In this document: positions 49,001 to 62,300 of the stretch, one piece after another
Layout: every line of letters starts with the position of its first letter
Position numbering within the stretch: the stretch's first letter is position 1
Source: Oculina patagonica
Lineage: Eukaryota
DNA length: 64,000 nt
Direction of reading: 5' to 3'
Assembly (NCBI RefSeq): GCF_052425735.1
Contig: NC_135758.1
Coordinates: 36,580,001-36,644,000, forward strand
Notes under the pieces: model-generated
Database searches by the model: none
Told to the model about the DNA's origin: nothing
What the model saw: only the letters and a program-made list of their open reading frames with translations
Position numbers and translations under genes: made by a program

Positions 49001-51251
49001 AGCTACTAGAAAACAGGACTCAATGTTAAAAATATGAAATGTAACTCGAGCATGGGACAAAGAAAAATTCTGAGTCCCCGAGGGGAATCGAACCCATGGC
49101 CTCCCAGATAACGGTTGGGCGCTCTAACCAACTGAGCTACCAGAGACTCGTGGTGAGCTGGGCTTTTTGCTAGGTTCATATTTGACACGCGTCTTGCAAC
49201 TGCAAGCTCAGCAATGTCGAAAGCATGATATGTGTAATAAATGAGAGATGGTTAATGCAGCTCGGTGAAATAAATGAGAATATGAAATGTACTCGAGCGT
49301 GGGACAAAGAAAAATGGACTCAAAGGACTCCATGTTATTCTTCTTATATTTTCCCGTTTTTTATTTTTTATTTTATCGAGTTACATATTATGTTGGTGTG
49401 ATGTCTCACGCCTTTACCGACAAAATTAAATGTAGATGTAGATCTCGTTTTGACGTTGATTGCTGTACATCGTTTACAAATCTTAATGCGCAGGGTGAAC
49501 AAGTAATTTTCGAAACGGAAGCATATTTACACACAGAGGAAAAATTATAACAATTCTTGTTTTTAAGTTTAGAAAAGGTTTGTAGTTTTTCAGTGTCCAA
49601 TTCCTCAATATTTTCATATTTTTTCACAGCACGCAGTTTAAACCCTGACGAATCAATGGCGATGGAAATAATGCAACCACCATTTCACAATTCGGCGTTT
49701 TCTGTTGTCGACCGAAACTCCTTGTATCATTGTGATCCAGCCGCGCCAAGCATCTATTGCCCATGCCCAGTACAGCCACAGTTTTACAGCCAGATGACGC
49801 AGTTTCCATGGCTACCAATGACGTCAAACAAGTCAATTACATTGCCGCCCTTGAAGCCTAGCCTCGCAACCGCGCCACGCCTGGTTTATCAGCACCCCCG
49901 TCAGCACCCCCGCGAGTCCGTTATTTGTCCTACAGTCAGCCGCACATTCAGCTGCAACCCAATGTTGTTCGAAAAAAGGATTACCTTTAAGGAGCCTGTC
50001 AGTGGATTGTACCCTAGAAGAAGTGTCATTCAACCGCCTATGTCGTTCCACAATGCCGTTTCCTTCCAACAAAAGCTTGAGCATGAAGGAGTCGCATCTG
50101 TAAAGCAAGAAGAAGATCAGCACCTTCACTTCCAAGGCAGCTCATCCGCAGCTGAAGATAACCAATCGGCGCCAGCCTTTCATCAGTCACCGCATCTTAC
50201 CCACACTAAAGAGCTGAAGACTGGACCTAACATCTGTTGGGACCACCAACCTGAATCTCAAGAGTCCTTCACAGAAAGCGCAGTAAAGGTTCCTCAAGAA
50301 GATCAAGGAAATAGAGAAAACATCCCGTTCACCGACAACTTGTCCAACCAGCAAAGAAGCACTCCAACGCAAATGACGTCAAGCGAGATTCAATTTCAAG
50401 AGGAGCAGCCTGATGGTTTAGACGCCAAGGAAAACAACAACTCTGATGAAAAAGAAGCAATTGGTCCTTTCCAAACAGCACATTTTCCTAACACAGCAGC
50501 TGTATGTGGTCAAGAAAAGATTGGTCATGACCACCGCCATCGTCCAAAGTCCAAGTCCAAGCACATGTGCGATGAGTGCGGCAGAACATTCACTCGTTCC
50601 AGTACTCTCATCACGCACAAGCGCATTCACACTGGGGACAAGCCCTTCGTCTGCCAGCAGTGCGGCCGCGCCTTCAGACAGCTTGGTAACCTGTCCCGTC
50701 ATCAGTTGACTCATACAACCTCCAAGCCATACATTTGCCAACAATGTAACAAGGCATTTAACCGCGCTTCCAACCTACACACGCACATGCGCACCCACTC
50801 CGATTACAAGCCATTCAGCTGCGATTTTTGCGGAAAGCGGTTCCACCAGAAAGTTGACATGAAGATTCACCGCTACACGCACACAGGAGAGAAGCCACAT
50901 AAATGCCAGAAATGTGGGCGGGGATTCAAGCAGCTGACGCACCTGACGTACCACATGAGAACGCATTCCGACGTGCGCATGTACAAGTGTGAGTTCTGTG
51001 GCAAAGGCTTCAACCAGAAGGGAAACCTCAAGGCGCACGTGTACCGTCACACGGGCGAGCGACCTTTCAAGTGTGACATCTGCGGTAAAGGATTTACACT
51101 GGCTTCCACGCTGAACACGCACAAGAGAACGCATGCGACTCACAAACCATTTCAGTGCCAGTACTGCGAGAAGGCGTTTTACCAGAAGAACGCTCTGAAA
51201 TCCCATTACATCGCGTCGCACCCCTTTACCGGAGGAATTTCTTTGCTGTAA
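46081..51251 (+). CDS. SNAG-domain C2H2 zinc-finger repressor (Gfi1/Fezf-like, 8 fingers); exons 46081-46162 and 49630-51251, 567 aa
   Basis: Exon 1 begins MPRAFLVR (SNAG); phase-1 donor G|GTAAG at 46162 matches phase-1 acceptor TTTTCACAG| at 49629; eight tandem C2H2 fingers with TGEKP-type linkers; AATAAA at about 51607. Confidence 0.9.
46489..46789. mobile_element. MITE with homopolymer-corrupted interior
   Basis: TIRs GAGCGCTTACCATTTG and CAAGTGGAAAGCGCTC. Confidence 0.6.
46987..47202. mobile_element. MITE
   Basis: TIRs GGGCGCTTTTCATTAGTAAGAACTGGCC and GGCCAGTTCTAACTAATGGAAAGTGCCC. Confidence 0.7.
47443..47739 (+). mobile_element. tRNA-derived SINE
   Basis: A box TGGCCGAGTGG, B box GGTTCAAGGCC, non-tRNA body and a terminal T run (47718-47739). 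Confidence 0.75.
49031..49315 (-). mobile_element. tRNA-containing element with about 38-bp terminal direct repeats
   Basis: AATATGAAATGT(A)ACTCGAGC(A/G)TGGGACAAAGAAAAAT at both ends; internal A/B boxes on the minus strand; flanking AGGACTC(A/C)ATGTTA duplication; same family as 38845-38993. Confidence 0.75.
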
Positions 51252-54087
51252 ATTAAGCAGTCGCTGAGGACAACCAATGAAAAACCTGTGAACTTTGAGA
51301 ATACTGAATAAGTGAGGAGTGACTGAAATTTTTTAGGAGAGAAAATGGATCATAAGTTGTAAATAGTGCCTATAGAAAGACTAGGAGCTAGCCGAAACTC
51401 AAATTAGCGCTAAAAGGAGTAAATGAAAATATCACGAAGTTGAATTCTACATTGTTCTGAAACTGCTCCAGTAATTAATATTATAGATTTTCATATCGTT
51501 TTTGGTTCCTTTTAGTTAATTTTGGAATGGCTTATTTATGCAGTTCGGTGGTTTTTTCAACACTGTTTATTTGTAATGGTAACGGATACATGTATTTGAA
51601 TTTATAAATAAAATTTTCTTCCTATTTGATTTGCAGCTGCAGTCCTTTTCTTATGACTGAATCCTTAGGTAAAGACTAACTAAACTCATAAAGTTATCTC
51701 CGTTTTCTACCGGGTCCGGCAGTCGATCAGGTTCGAGCCCTGTTCGGGATCGTCGTGTTCTTGATCTAGAGCCTTATTCTCACAATTCCTCTTCTCTACA
51801 CACACGCCCCAAGGATTGGAATGAACTTTACGTATACCTAAGATGAAGTTTACGAGCATTGAAAGAAAAAAAAAAAAAACAATGAAACCCCAAAAAGAGA
51901 GAGATGTTTCAATCATTAAAAGAAGCCGACTTACTGTTTCTAGTTTGATCTTTCTTGGTGTTTACAAGCTTTTTTTACAACATATTTACATGAAGCATAC
52001 TAAACCGACGTTCCATATCCTCCTTTTCAATTTTTTAATCAAAACGATGGTCACTTTAAATATGTTTCCTTTGTGTTTGTGCATCGCTCTAAAATCGGTA
52101 CCTCCTAGCCTTGAAAATATTCATTACAAAGAAGAATGCTGGGATCAATTTAGGTTTCTGGGAAACTGCTCACCACCCCCCCCAAACCTAACATTTTGCC
52201 CAAAGCGATAAGTAAGGGTACCCGCGGGATCAATTAGCGGGAACCCCCCCCCCCCCAAACCTAACATTAACCCTACACGGGCATGTAGGGGGAGGCCAGA
52301 AACTAAATGATCCGAATGCTGCTCTAACTTCGTCGTGAGATGCAAGTCCCGTGAGGCATTTAGCTGGAATTGCCAGCCTTTGGTAAAATTAATAAGAAAC
52401 CGATTTGCCTGTAATTCCGTTCAAAATATCAAAAAAAGTTTATCGTGGTAAGAGATCCCCGAGAAAATCGATCGGAACATCACGCCCCAATTTGTTATTC
52501 GAATGCATGGTTTAACACATATTTTTTATCACGATTTGTAGCATTAATTTGAAACAGAAAGAGTGAAATAAGTTCAGCATTTATCTGTCAAGGGACGCAG
52601 AGGCTACTACAGAGTGACTTGCTTTCAAGCGGGCTTGGGAGTAGCCTGCGAATACAGCCGCCTCTCATTGGCCGGGAGCAATGAGGGACAGCTGTATTCG
52701 CAGGCTGGCTTGGGAAATGATGGGCAGGGAAATTTGGGAAAGGATTTAAAACTAATATAAAGCGTGGTGGACAAATTTCCCTTGAGGGCCCGTGTGGGGG
52801 AGAGAGTGCCAAAGGCCATTTTCTTGGACAACAGCAGAGACACAATTATAAAATTGGTCTTTTAAATCATTTCTTTCCTCCAACCAAAAATGTGGAATTA
52901 TTTCGATATTATTTTCAACCCACACAAATGGGCAAAAATGTTCTTAGATTGTTCAGTTAATCTTCGCGCCCACAGCTAATTTTACAAATGCAAAAAGGAC
53001 CATGTACATTTTGTTCTATAGTAATTTCTAGTTACTACGGGCTTTATGGATGGTGTATTTATCTCAATCACTAAAAGTGACCATGTTAATGATACATTAA
53101 ACTCTGGTTTTAGTATAGTGCCATCCTAGGATGGCTGACAAAAGTATACTATTCTTCAAAACGACATAACTTTGCTTGTCGTTTTATTTTTGTTTCGCTT
53201 TCCTGGCATAAGTGTACAACATGTTTCCTTCAGTCTAGTTTTACTGAGAATCGTATACAACTTCGTCCTCGTAAAAACGATATTTATTCAGCATCTTCTA
53301 TGAATGGAATAAATTGTAGAAAATTGGCTCAACGTGATAATAATGATATATTCTTTGTTGTTAAAAGATGCACTGCGCCAGCGTAATATGAAAAAACTCC
53401 AAATTTGTTAGTATCGCTAGACCGATTTGTTTTAACAATTTTCACAACTGGGCACACCCAAAAGTGGAGTGGAATTGACGCTTGTAAAATAGAGAGAAAT
53501 ATAAAATATGTCGGACTACTTCTCTCTTTAACTTTGTAAATGTCATACATAAACGCCAGCTTAGTGGGTCGCCCTTACCTATCTTATCTTGGTCGCATTC
53601 TACATTAACCCTGGCAATCGCGAGAGTTCTACTTGATGTTGTTTTTACTGGACAGCCAAGTTAGGTTAATTGTTTCTCGCTTTAGTACGCCACGAGCCGA
53701 CTAATCTGGCTCAGTGGGAGAATTTCTTCACGCCATTGAGCCAGTCATATCGCAAGCGTTCATACGACTGACATGGGAAGTTACGATTAATTAAAAATAG
53801 ATTTGCGTTGGGAATTAATATTTCCGAAGTCGCAAAAAGAACAAAATATTACATAATTTATTTTCAGGACTCCAACTGTTCGGTTTGATATATAAAAATA
53901 CATTTCTCAAAGAGTGGGTTTGTTTTTTTTCGTAAATACAAACGTTCAATATGGCTTCTTCATTTAAGACAAAAACAAAATATCCCTAGGGCTTTTTCCT
54001 GAATGATGATCTCGGTTACTAGACGATTCAGTTAGCCTCAGTTCAGTTTTACTTTGTCTTCATCAGTTTCGAATCAGTTGAGAATGT

Positions 54088-54425
54088 GCAGGGCTGTTGC
54101 CAGACTTTTGGCATAGACGAGGCAAGATCTGCGATCACCAAAGGCACGAGTCGGTAGGGGGAACTGGAGGCACGGTCCCACAAAGTTTTGAAATCTAGAA
54201 GCTCTGAAACGCTGTTTTCAGCATTTTTCATAAGATATATCTTCAAAAAAAGTAGTCTTGTTTAACTGGGGATTACTTTCCCAACTGAATGTATTTTGCT
54301 ATCTACGACCCTGATGTGCATTAATTATAAGTGATTTCTAGATTTCAATGTGGCTTTAGTCATGCAATAAGCAAACGATGAAACTGCTAAAACTGATAGG
54401 AACGACTTGCCTGGCTGCCACAACC
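54088..54425. mobile_element. Degenerate hAT-like repeat, second copy at about 58535-58770
   Basis: Shared GACTTTTGGCATAGACG(A/C)GGCAAGATC and ACGCT(G/A)TTTTCAGCATTTTT. Confidence 0.5.
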
Positions 54426-56204
54426 TGAAGGCCTGAATCGAAAGAGACAGTGATCAAAGTGGGCTAGCCATCGGATACCTCGAATTTACGCATTGTTGTT
54501 AATTTAGCTGGTTGCATGTCTTGCATGGGCTCTTCCTAACTTGGCTTTATAGTCTTGATTCTGTTGTTTTCTTAAAGAAAAAGAAGTACTCATTTTAACA
54601 ACTTCTGAACTGAATTCCTCTTATAAGCAAAAAAAATGTAGTTGCATGTTAGAAAAAAAATGTTCATACCGAGCCCGGGCGCACCCCTTAACATCTCATA
54701 TATTTTTATCCATAAGTCAATACAGTGTTCGTTAAATTATTTTGGATAAAAAAAAAAAAAGAAGAAAAGTCCCAATATTATCAAGTTTCCTCTGAGGCCT
54801 AAAGAAATGTAAGAATTCTTTTGTTTAGAAAAATTCAGTAAAAATGGCTTGTCAACTTCGCGAAAAGAAAGTTGCATATCGGTTTATTTTAAGGTGCACT
54901 TTATTTTATAACGCGCGGTCAATTATGGTTGGAAAAGTACGATTTAGAGTATTTAGAGGAAGCTAAAAAGGTATATAAAAGCATTGAAAAGAAAATTCAT
55001 TGAAAATGTTTTATTTTAAAGTAGTTTAGGGCATTTGCAGAATGCACATGACCTCTTATAAGCCCTCAAAGGAAAACTGACATGAATGTTAAATAAACTC
55101 AAGGGTTCTCGAATTGTACGCGTGTTGATCATTATAATTACCTCATAATCTACATTTGCCAAAACTACATAAATGGCTATATAATGCATAGTAATAGGAT
55201 GCAATTACTTAAAGTTCAAAATTTATTGTCCCTACTTGAATAGCTTCAGTAAAAACGTGAGAGTTAAATTGTTAAATTGCAATATTTCACTAAAAGAGGA
55301 TCGGCATTTGACATGAAACATGCGAAAACCACTTCTATCAAGTTCGAGAATCCGGGGCCTGCCCACGCATTTTTTAATAAAAATTAATGTCGCACTTTGA
55401 TTTTTGCTTTGTCGTCACTTTCAATACATAGTAGCGAAAAGGACATTTTATTTTAGGAAAGAGTAGATATAAATAAAACCATGAAGCTAAACACAAATAA
55501 TTAAAGTAAAAGATAAATAAATGTGTTGTTTACAGATTCTTTCACGTAGCATTATTCTGCGTACGTTACGTATTTTGTCGGTAGTTCTATGAAGTTTTGT
55601 TATCTTTCTACGAATCCAAATTGCCGTTCATTAAGCTAGTAGGTGTTTCTAAGATAAGTTTTTACATTAAACACTGTATTTTTGCCAGAAACAATCGCAA
55701 ATTACTCTCAATTTTGTTCAGAAGAGAAATGTTTCGAGATCGTTTTGTAACGGCTTGTAAAAACTTCCCAGCTTAGCAAACGTCAATTAGTCCCATCCGT
55801 ACTTGAAAGCTAAGAGCTTACCTCTATGGAGATTAATTTGCCATCTATACCACCTGCATAGAAACCTTGCTTTTAACTTATTTGCAGAAACAAAAATACC
55901 GTACTATAAGTCCTTTATTTTCTTCTTATAACTGTGAAGGCGGTTAAATGCGTAGGATAGTTGTGAATAATCTGGTTTAGTTTGATCACTCAAATATCTA
56001 GCAAAATCCGAATGCTATGTATTATTTAGAAAACAACTTCGATTATCTTGTTATGTATGCATTGCCCAAAAAGAGAAACACTCTTAAAAAAAGTTTTGCA
56101 TTCTTTCCTGTTATGACAGATTGGAATTTTTCCGCATTGTACCACCGTGGGCGTAAGGCGAACTGATGCGGTTTACAAATCTAATTAAATTTCTTTTAAC
56201 AAAG

Positions 56205-56213
56205 AATATAAAA
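56205..56213 (+). promoter_or_regulatory. Candidate TATA box of the protease gene
   Basis: AATATAAAA about 65 bp upstream of ATG 56274; motif and position only. Confidence 0.35.
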
Positions 56214-56273
56214 TGAGGAGCGACATTTAAGTTAAAATCATCTGAAGATTTGTTAATTTCCCGCTGGTTTTCA

Positions 56274-57408
56274 ATGAAGATGCTCTGTTTGAGAGTAACG
56301 TTCGTTTTTTTGTTGAGCGCCTCTGTTGTTTGCCAAGCTTTCAGGTCTGAATTTCAACGCCACAACACAGGTAGGTGTTCAAATGAAGCAGAGAAAGATC
56401 CGACAATTCAGCCAACATTGTTTTATTTAAAAATAAGCACAGGTAATATTAGTTCTTGACAGTTGCCTTTATAAGTTCTTATAACTTCTATTTTCTCTTA
56501 CAGACCCGTTGAAAGAAGTGAGTAATAAGGGCGACAGGGACGATATAATTACGAAGCAAAGCTCTCCAGAAGAACGCTCTTCAAACAGAACGAGGGATGT
56601 TCCTACCGTCAAAGCCCCACCCCGCCGACATGAGGCAACCCACAGCGAAAAAATCCCAACTGGTCACGAATTTTTGAAGTACAAGAGGAAAAGTATCGTG
56701 GGATCAGATGATAGAATTCGTGTACATGCAGCAGCTACCCAACTCCTGCCTTTCAAAGCGGTCGTCAAAGTCAAGATGAGCGCCCGAGATGCTTGTTCGG
56801 GAGTTCTGATTGGACCTCGTCACGTCCTATCTGCAGCTCACTGTTTTCACAACGGCATTGAGTTTTCAGGCTCAAAACGCGCGTTAAACATAGGCGTTTT
56901 GCAGCGTAATCAGCGTTTTAATTGGTACCGTGTCAGAGACGTGTTTCTACCGCGCGCTTGGTACGACACTACGCCCATGAATCCAGAATTCGATTACGCC
57001 GTGCTGACGCTTCGGCGCCCACACGGACGACCGTTTCTTCACATCAAGTCCTTTTCAATGAAGAATCTCCTCCCATTTGGTAGTATGCACTTTGCCTGCT
57101 TCCCGAACGATAAACGAGAAAATTCGATGTGGTATTCGTCGTGCCCAGTCGGATGGCAGCCGAATAGCACCGCCTACCGAACAGTGATCATGAATAAGTG
57201 CGACGCGGCCGGCGGTTGCTCGGGAGCTGGCGTTTATGTGCACACACGCAGCGGCAAAAATCGATATGTTATCGGAGTCTTATCGAGCACAGTCAACAGG
57301 AAATCGAAGAATGTAGTAACACGTTTGACCCCGAAGAAGGTTAAAGAAATATGTGGTTGGATAGGATGGTTGGAAAAATCGGGATGTCGAAAAACAGCTT
57401 ATTTGTGA
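56274..57408 (+). CDS. Secreted trypsin-fold serine protease, PRSS23/PRSS35-like; exons 56274-56370 and 56504-57408, 333 aa
   Basis: Signal peptide MKMLCLRVTFVFLLSASVVCQA; phase-1 GT-AG intron; basic cluster KYKRK before SIVGSDDR; CSGVLIGPRHVLSAAHC (His), FDYAVL (Asp), CDAAGGCSGAGVY (Ser). Confidence 0.9.
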
Positions 57409-59309
57409 ACTGAACTGAACTTGTTCTGTGCGCCATAGTAAGTGAAATTAGGATAAATAGGAAGTGAAATAGGGTCAATAAATAAAGTTGCTACTGTATA
57501 AAGGATTTAATTCATGGACAAATGATGTAAAAAATAGAATATGTTTTTTTTTTCTTGAAAACAATTAAATAAAATTAACACTGAATTAAAACTTTGGCAC
57601 GTTTATTCTTTTCTAGTGTTGTTGTTGCCGAAATGTTGATGCAAAAGTCAAACCTATAAAGACAAGCTTATTTTATATGTGTCAAAAACACCGTTTTAAT
57701 TACTTTTGGCTATTAATAAAATTCAAAATACCCATTAAAATAACCTCATGAGGGGAAAATATAGATTGCAAAGATCCGTTTTTATCCGTTTTGACGTAAA
57801 CATCATTATTTCTTTTTTTTGCCTTGGGCAAGTAAAGTTCACTGAATCCCACCTTGGTCTGTAGGCTCCAAAACACACACTTTTTAACTATTTCTTCCAA
57901 ATATCCCAATTTTCAGTAGTCTTAAAACTTTACGTTTTCTTTATAAAATTGCTTCTTAGAGAAACTTTTCTACAAATCGCGAGGCTATTTGTTTTCATTT
58001 ATTGTAAAAGAGGAAAAAATAGTGTTAAAATGCCTAACTTCGAAGTAAGGTATTTCAGCACTCCTAGGCGGTGAGGTCAGTATAGAAGGATTGACTGTAG
58101 AAAAGTTGATTCGAAGGAAAAATAAAAAAAATTAGAAACCCTGGAGCGCGTTCTTTACCGAAATGGAATTGTTTCCAAATTTATCGAGATCATTCAGCTC
58201 TGAATCATGCTATGAACTGAATCTTCTATTGAAACTTTAGCTTAGTATTGCAGACAGAAGGACGATCGACTGTATGGATAAAAAAATAGCGTACAAATAC
58301 TCCGAGTCGTTTTGGGCGTTCGCAAGGTAACCAGTAGTGATGTAAGATGACTTTTATCGTTGGCTTGCTTGAAAACTGATGGAAAGATTTTTTAGCGCCC
58401 GTATTATGTTTTTCATTATTACAATTAGAGTCTTGACATCGATTTGCGCATAGCCTCGACGCAGTGGGACTGTTTCACCAAAAGCGTGAGACTGTTGTGT
58501 TAAAAACACTTGGTTAATGGGTTCACCGTCTTCACTGACTTTTGGCATAGACGCGGCAAGATCGGTGATCGCTGATGGAGGGAGCCGCGAATTTTGAAAA
58601 CTAGATGCACTAACGCTATTTTCAGCATTTTTACAAAGTGTTTCTTCTGAAAAGTCAATCTTGTTCAACTGTGGATTATTTTCTCAATACACGTTTTCTT
58701 CTTTCAATTTTTGGTGTATAAAATCTAGACGAGACAAGTGTGTCGTCTTGCCTCTTGCTAGTTACGGCTTGGCTTCTGTGCTTTTTGTTTTTGACTTTTT
58801 GCTCCCTCTCTTAGTTTGGTATTATATTGTCATGTAGCGATTGTGCCAATAAAATGCCACGCGTGATTTGAATTTTTACGCTTTTGCATAGCAATAAACC
58901 TCTCGTATAGGTGATCACCTTGATTGACAAAAGAGGTGGTCGCTTACCGTTTAGACGCTTGCGTAACTTATGGCAGCCTCGGCCACTCACAAGTCAATAC
59001 CAATCATCCAGTCGATAGGGGACCAGCTTTCCAGACAGCTACATTCCTTTCACTTAATCGAAATTCTGCTTTTTTTTGTTCAACTAATGTGTACCAAACA
59101 AGACCATGATTGGGTCCTCCCTCACAGAGGGAACAGTCATGTTCTCGCGTTGCTCTTGTTCATAATTTTCGCAGTTTCGCGACTTGCGAGAAACCACGTG
59201 CGCTCCAGCGAGACCGCGCAAAGTAGTAAGATACCCGCCCAGCTGGCGAGGCTACTAAGCTATTCGCCATCTTTTTTTCTGTGGGCAAAACTTGCCAAGA
59301 ATCGCAAAG

Positions 59310-62300
59310 ATGTCTTTGAAAGCTGTGGTTGGACAACGTGAGTTTTTGCTTTTTCCAAATGTCATTCGCGTCATTGAACTACTTCTGAATGCTGGATTTC
59401 CTGTGTGTTGTTTAGGTCTCATGCAAGACGTGATTCGCGAAAATAAAAAGCCGAACGAGTGGAAAGTGAGTTTATTGACAGTGCATGTTATTAACCTGTG
59501 AATGTGATGTTTACATTGGTTTTGTAGCTAGCTGGAGTACGAGTAAATACAGCAAGCAAACTGTGTTTTTTCATTCGTTTAAAACTTCAGGTTCTTGTCG
59601 TGGATCATCTGAGCTCTAGAATAATATCATCATGCTGCAAAATGCACGACATTGTCGAGGAAGGCATAACAAGTAAGTCACTAAAAATAGTCAGTATATT
59701 AATGGGACATTCCATTTTTTATCCGCACCCCCCCTAAGGATGGCGGGTTTTTGCTAAGGGGGGTTCGGATTTTTTCTTCAAAGAAGCCGACAAAATTTGG
59801 ACCGTTCGGAAATTTTTTTCAAAGGTGCCGACAAACAATCAACCCTTCGGATTTCATTTTTCAAAGGGCACCGACAAAAAATTGAGGGTTCGGATTCCTG
59901 TCATCCTTAGGGGGGGTGCGGATAAAAAATGGAACGTCCCAATACTCAATGCAAATCGAGCTTTGCTTTGCTTTGATTTTAATTATGATAGTAGTTTGTT
60001 ATCGTAGCCTCTCAAAACTTAGAGAGATGCAACTGCCTAAAACCTTGACAATTCAAGTTTTGTTGTATATAATTATTTAATTTTTTGGACTGGAATATTG
60101 GACTGTTTGGTTTCGCTTTTCTAACTTGGTTAAATTACTTAAATAATAGCTTGATGAAGTAATTAAGCTATTTATGGAACAATCTTTGCTGACGTTGATC
60201 CCAGGTTATAGAAATGCAATTCTAAGTTATTGTTTTGCAAGAGCTTATGGAGGCTGGCACACAATCAGCAGATATATTCAAATTTTTTATTTAATTATGG
60301 GTGAACTAGGCTGCTTCTAAAGATCAAAATCTCAGCAAAGGGGGATTGATCTTGGCATAATGTACATGTATCAGTCAGTATATTCCAAGCCAGATCATCC
60401 CAGCCCCGGGCAAACCCCGGGCTTTTGACTGCTATTGAGGCCCAGATAGTGGGAAATTTGATCAAACAAAAGCCCGGATGGTCGGGCGTCTGACTGTGAA
60501 AATGTGTCATATACTTTAAAATGCTAGCGAGCTCAAGCCTGTGAGGTTAGTATTTTGGATGCGTTGATGTAAAGTAGTTTCAATGTATCTTTTCCTATTA
60601 AAATTGGCTGATTAATAGGGCATCTGTTTAGAGTGTCCGTTTAGACCTAGTGTTACAAGAAAAAACAACTCATTATGACCTTTCAACCCCAACTGGTGGG
60701 GCATTTGACCCCGCAACTAGCCCACATAATAGGGAATTTGATCAGCCAAGTGCCAGGGAGTTTGCGTGGGGGGGGGAGATGATCTCGCTTGGAATTGACT
60801 GATACATAAATCTTTACCCCCGCTTCCCCCGGGCATTGTTGTGTTGGAAGGTGGCACTGAATTAGCTTTTATAGTGAGAATTGGTGTGAGGCTAGTTGGA
60901 GAGAGAGAGGAAAAAGGGGAGGGGTTGATTGGCTTTGCAGTCACTTATATGTAGCACTACTGTGAAATTTTTTTGACTTACCATAAATCACATTGTGCTT
61001 CTGTGACTGATTCAGTTACAAATCAATTTTCCAATATGATGATCCCTTACCATGTAGACATCTGTGCTGTGGTTCAATTTTACCCTTGGTACAACTTCTT
61101 TTTTTCCTTTCTGCTGGTGTACGGAATGTATGGTTATAAATAAAAAACAAAGGAAAATACCCTGCATTGCACGATACTGAAAAATTTTAACATAAACTTA
61201 TCATGATCAGTGCAGAATTATAGCTGAGAGCCCAAGACTTTCCATTCTGGCCTAACCAATTGAATTGCATTCCCCTTTTGGTATCATTGTGCAATACTAA
61301 CTGAATACCTAGCTTTGTAGCTGGGATTCATTTGGTGGAATACTCTGCTTTATTTGCTGCCCTATCATATCAGTGAATAGAACCATATTCTTACTGATAG
61401 AATAACATACTGAAGGTGATGTAATTTATGCCTGTTTTGTATAACTACAGTTTTTCTCATGCTTTCTTTCAGTTGTTGAAGATATATCTAAAGTGCGCCA
61501 ACCACTACCAAACTTTGAAGCCATTTACATTTTAACACCAGAGGAAACGGTAAGTCTCAAGACAATGGGGATCAGTATAAGAGATCAACTGATTCCATAA
61601 AGATTTGAAAATGTCTGCCTATGTTTCTCCCTGTAAATTGTCTTTTCCTTAAACTGTGCTTGTTAACTTGTTCAGAACAGGTATAATGTCTACAGACATA
61701 TCAGTTCATTCACTGTACTCTCTATCCCAAAAGGCTAATAATTATTATTGACAGATCTCTATTTATTTGTGTAACAGTCAGTAAGAGCTTTGGTTGAAGA
61801 CTTCACTGAAGGGAACCACAGATATAAAGGTGCTCATGTATTCTTCACTGAAGGTACAGTTTACTATCACATACACGTACATGTGCATGTATACAGCTGA
61901 TTTGAAAAAGGTCGTCCAGAAGCATAAAACTGCACGTGGTAAATATGTTGAAGGGTATTATGGGCAGCAGAAGTTCACTGTTGCTTGATCAAAGTACATG
62001 GTGTTTCAGCATGGTGTAAGAATGGTGAATCCTGATGAATACATTCCTCACAATTTCTCCTTCTATTGTGCTTCTGTGGGAAAACCTTTCTCAAAACCAC
62101 TGTTCATGGTTCACATTTTGTTTTTATTGTATTTAATTAGTTGTAATTTCATTTGCTAAATGTTTATTTTTCTCTTTAGTTTGTCCAGATTCCTTGATCA
62201 GTGAAATTTCCAGGATTTCCAAATGTGAGTAAACATACTAGGCACAAGTATCTTTGTTATGATTTGCTGTATGCAGCAAATGGGATCTAGTGGCATTGTG

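Noticed and set aside
49068-49150. Functional tRNA gene on the minus strand
   Set aside because: Embedded in a repeat with terminal direct repeats; a second copy at 38.9 kb differs in the anticodon arm and has a TSD.
49557-49629. TTG start of the 564-aa zinc-finger ORF
   Set aside because: This stretch is a polypyrimidine tract and splice acceptor; the SNAG exon at 46081 gives a better start.
58970-59341. 123-aa ORF upstream of STXBP1
   Set aside because: Overlaps the STXBP1 promoter region and first exon in another frame; no recognisable domain.
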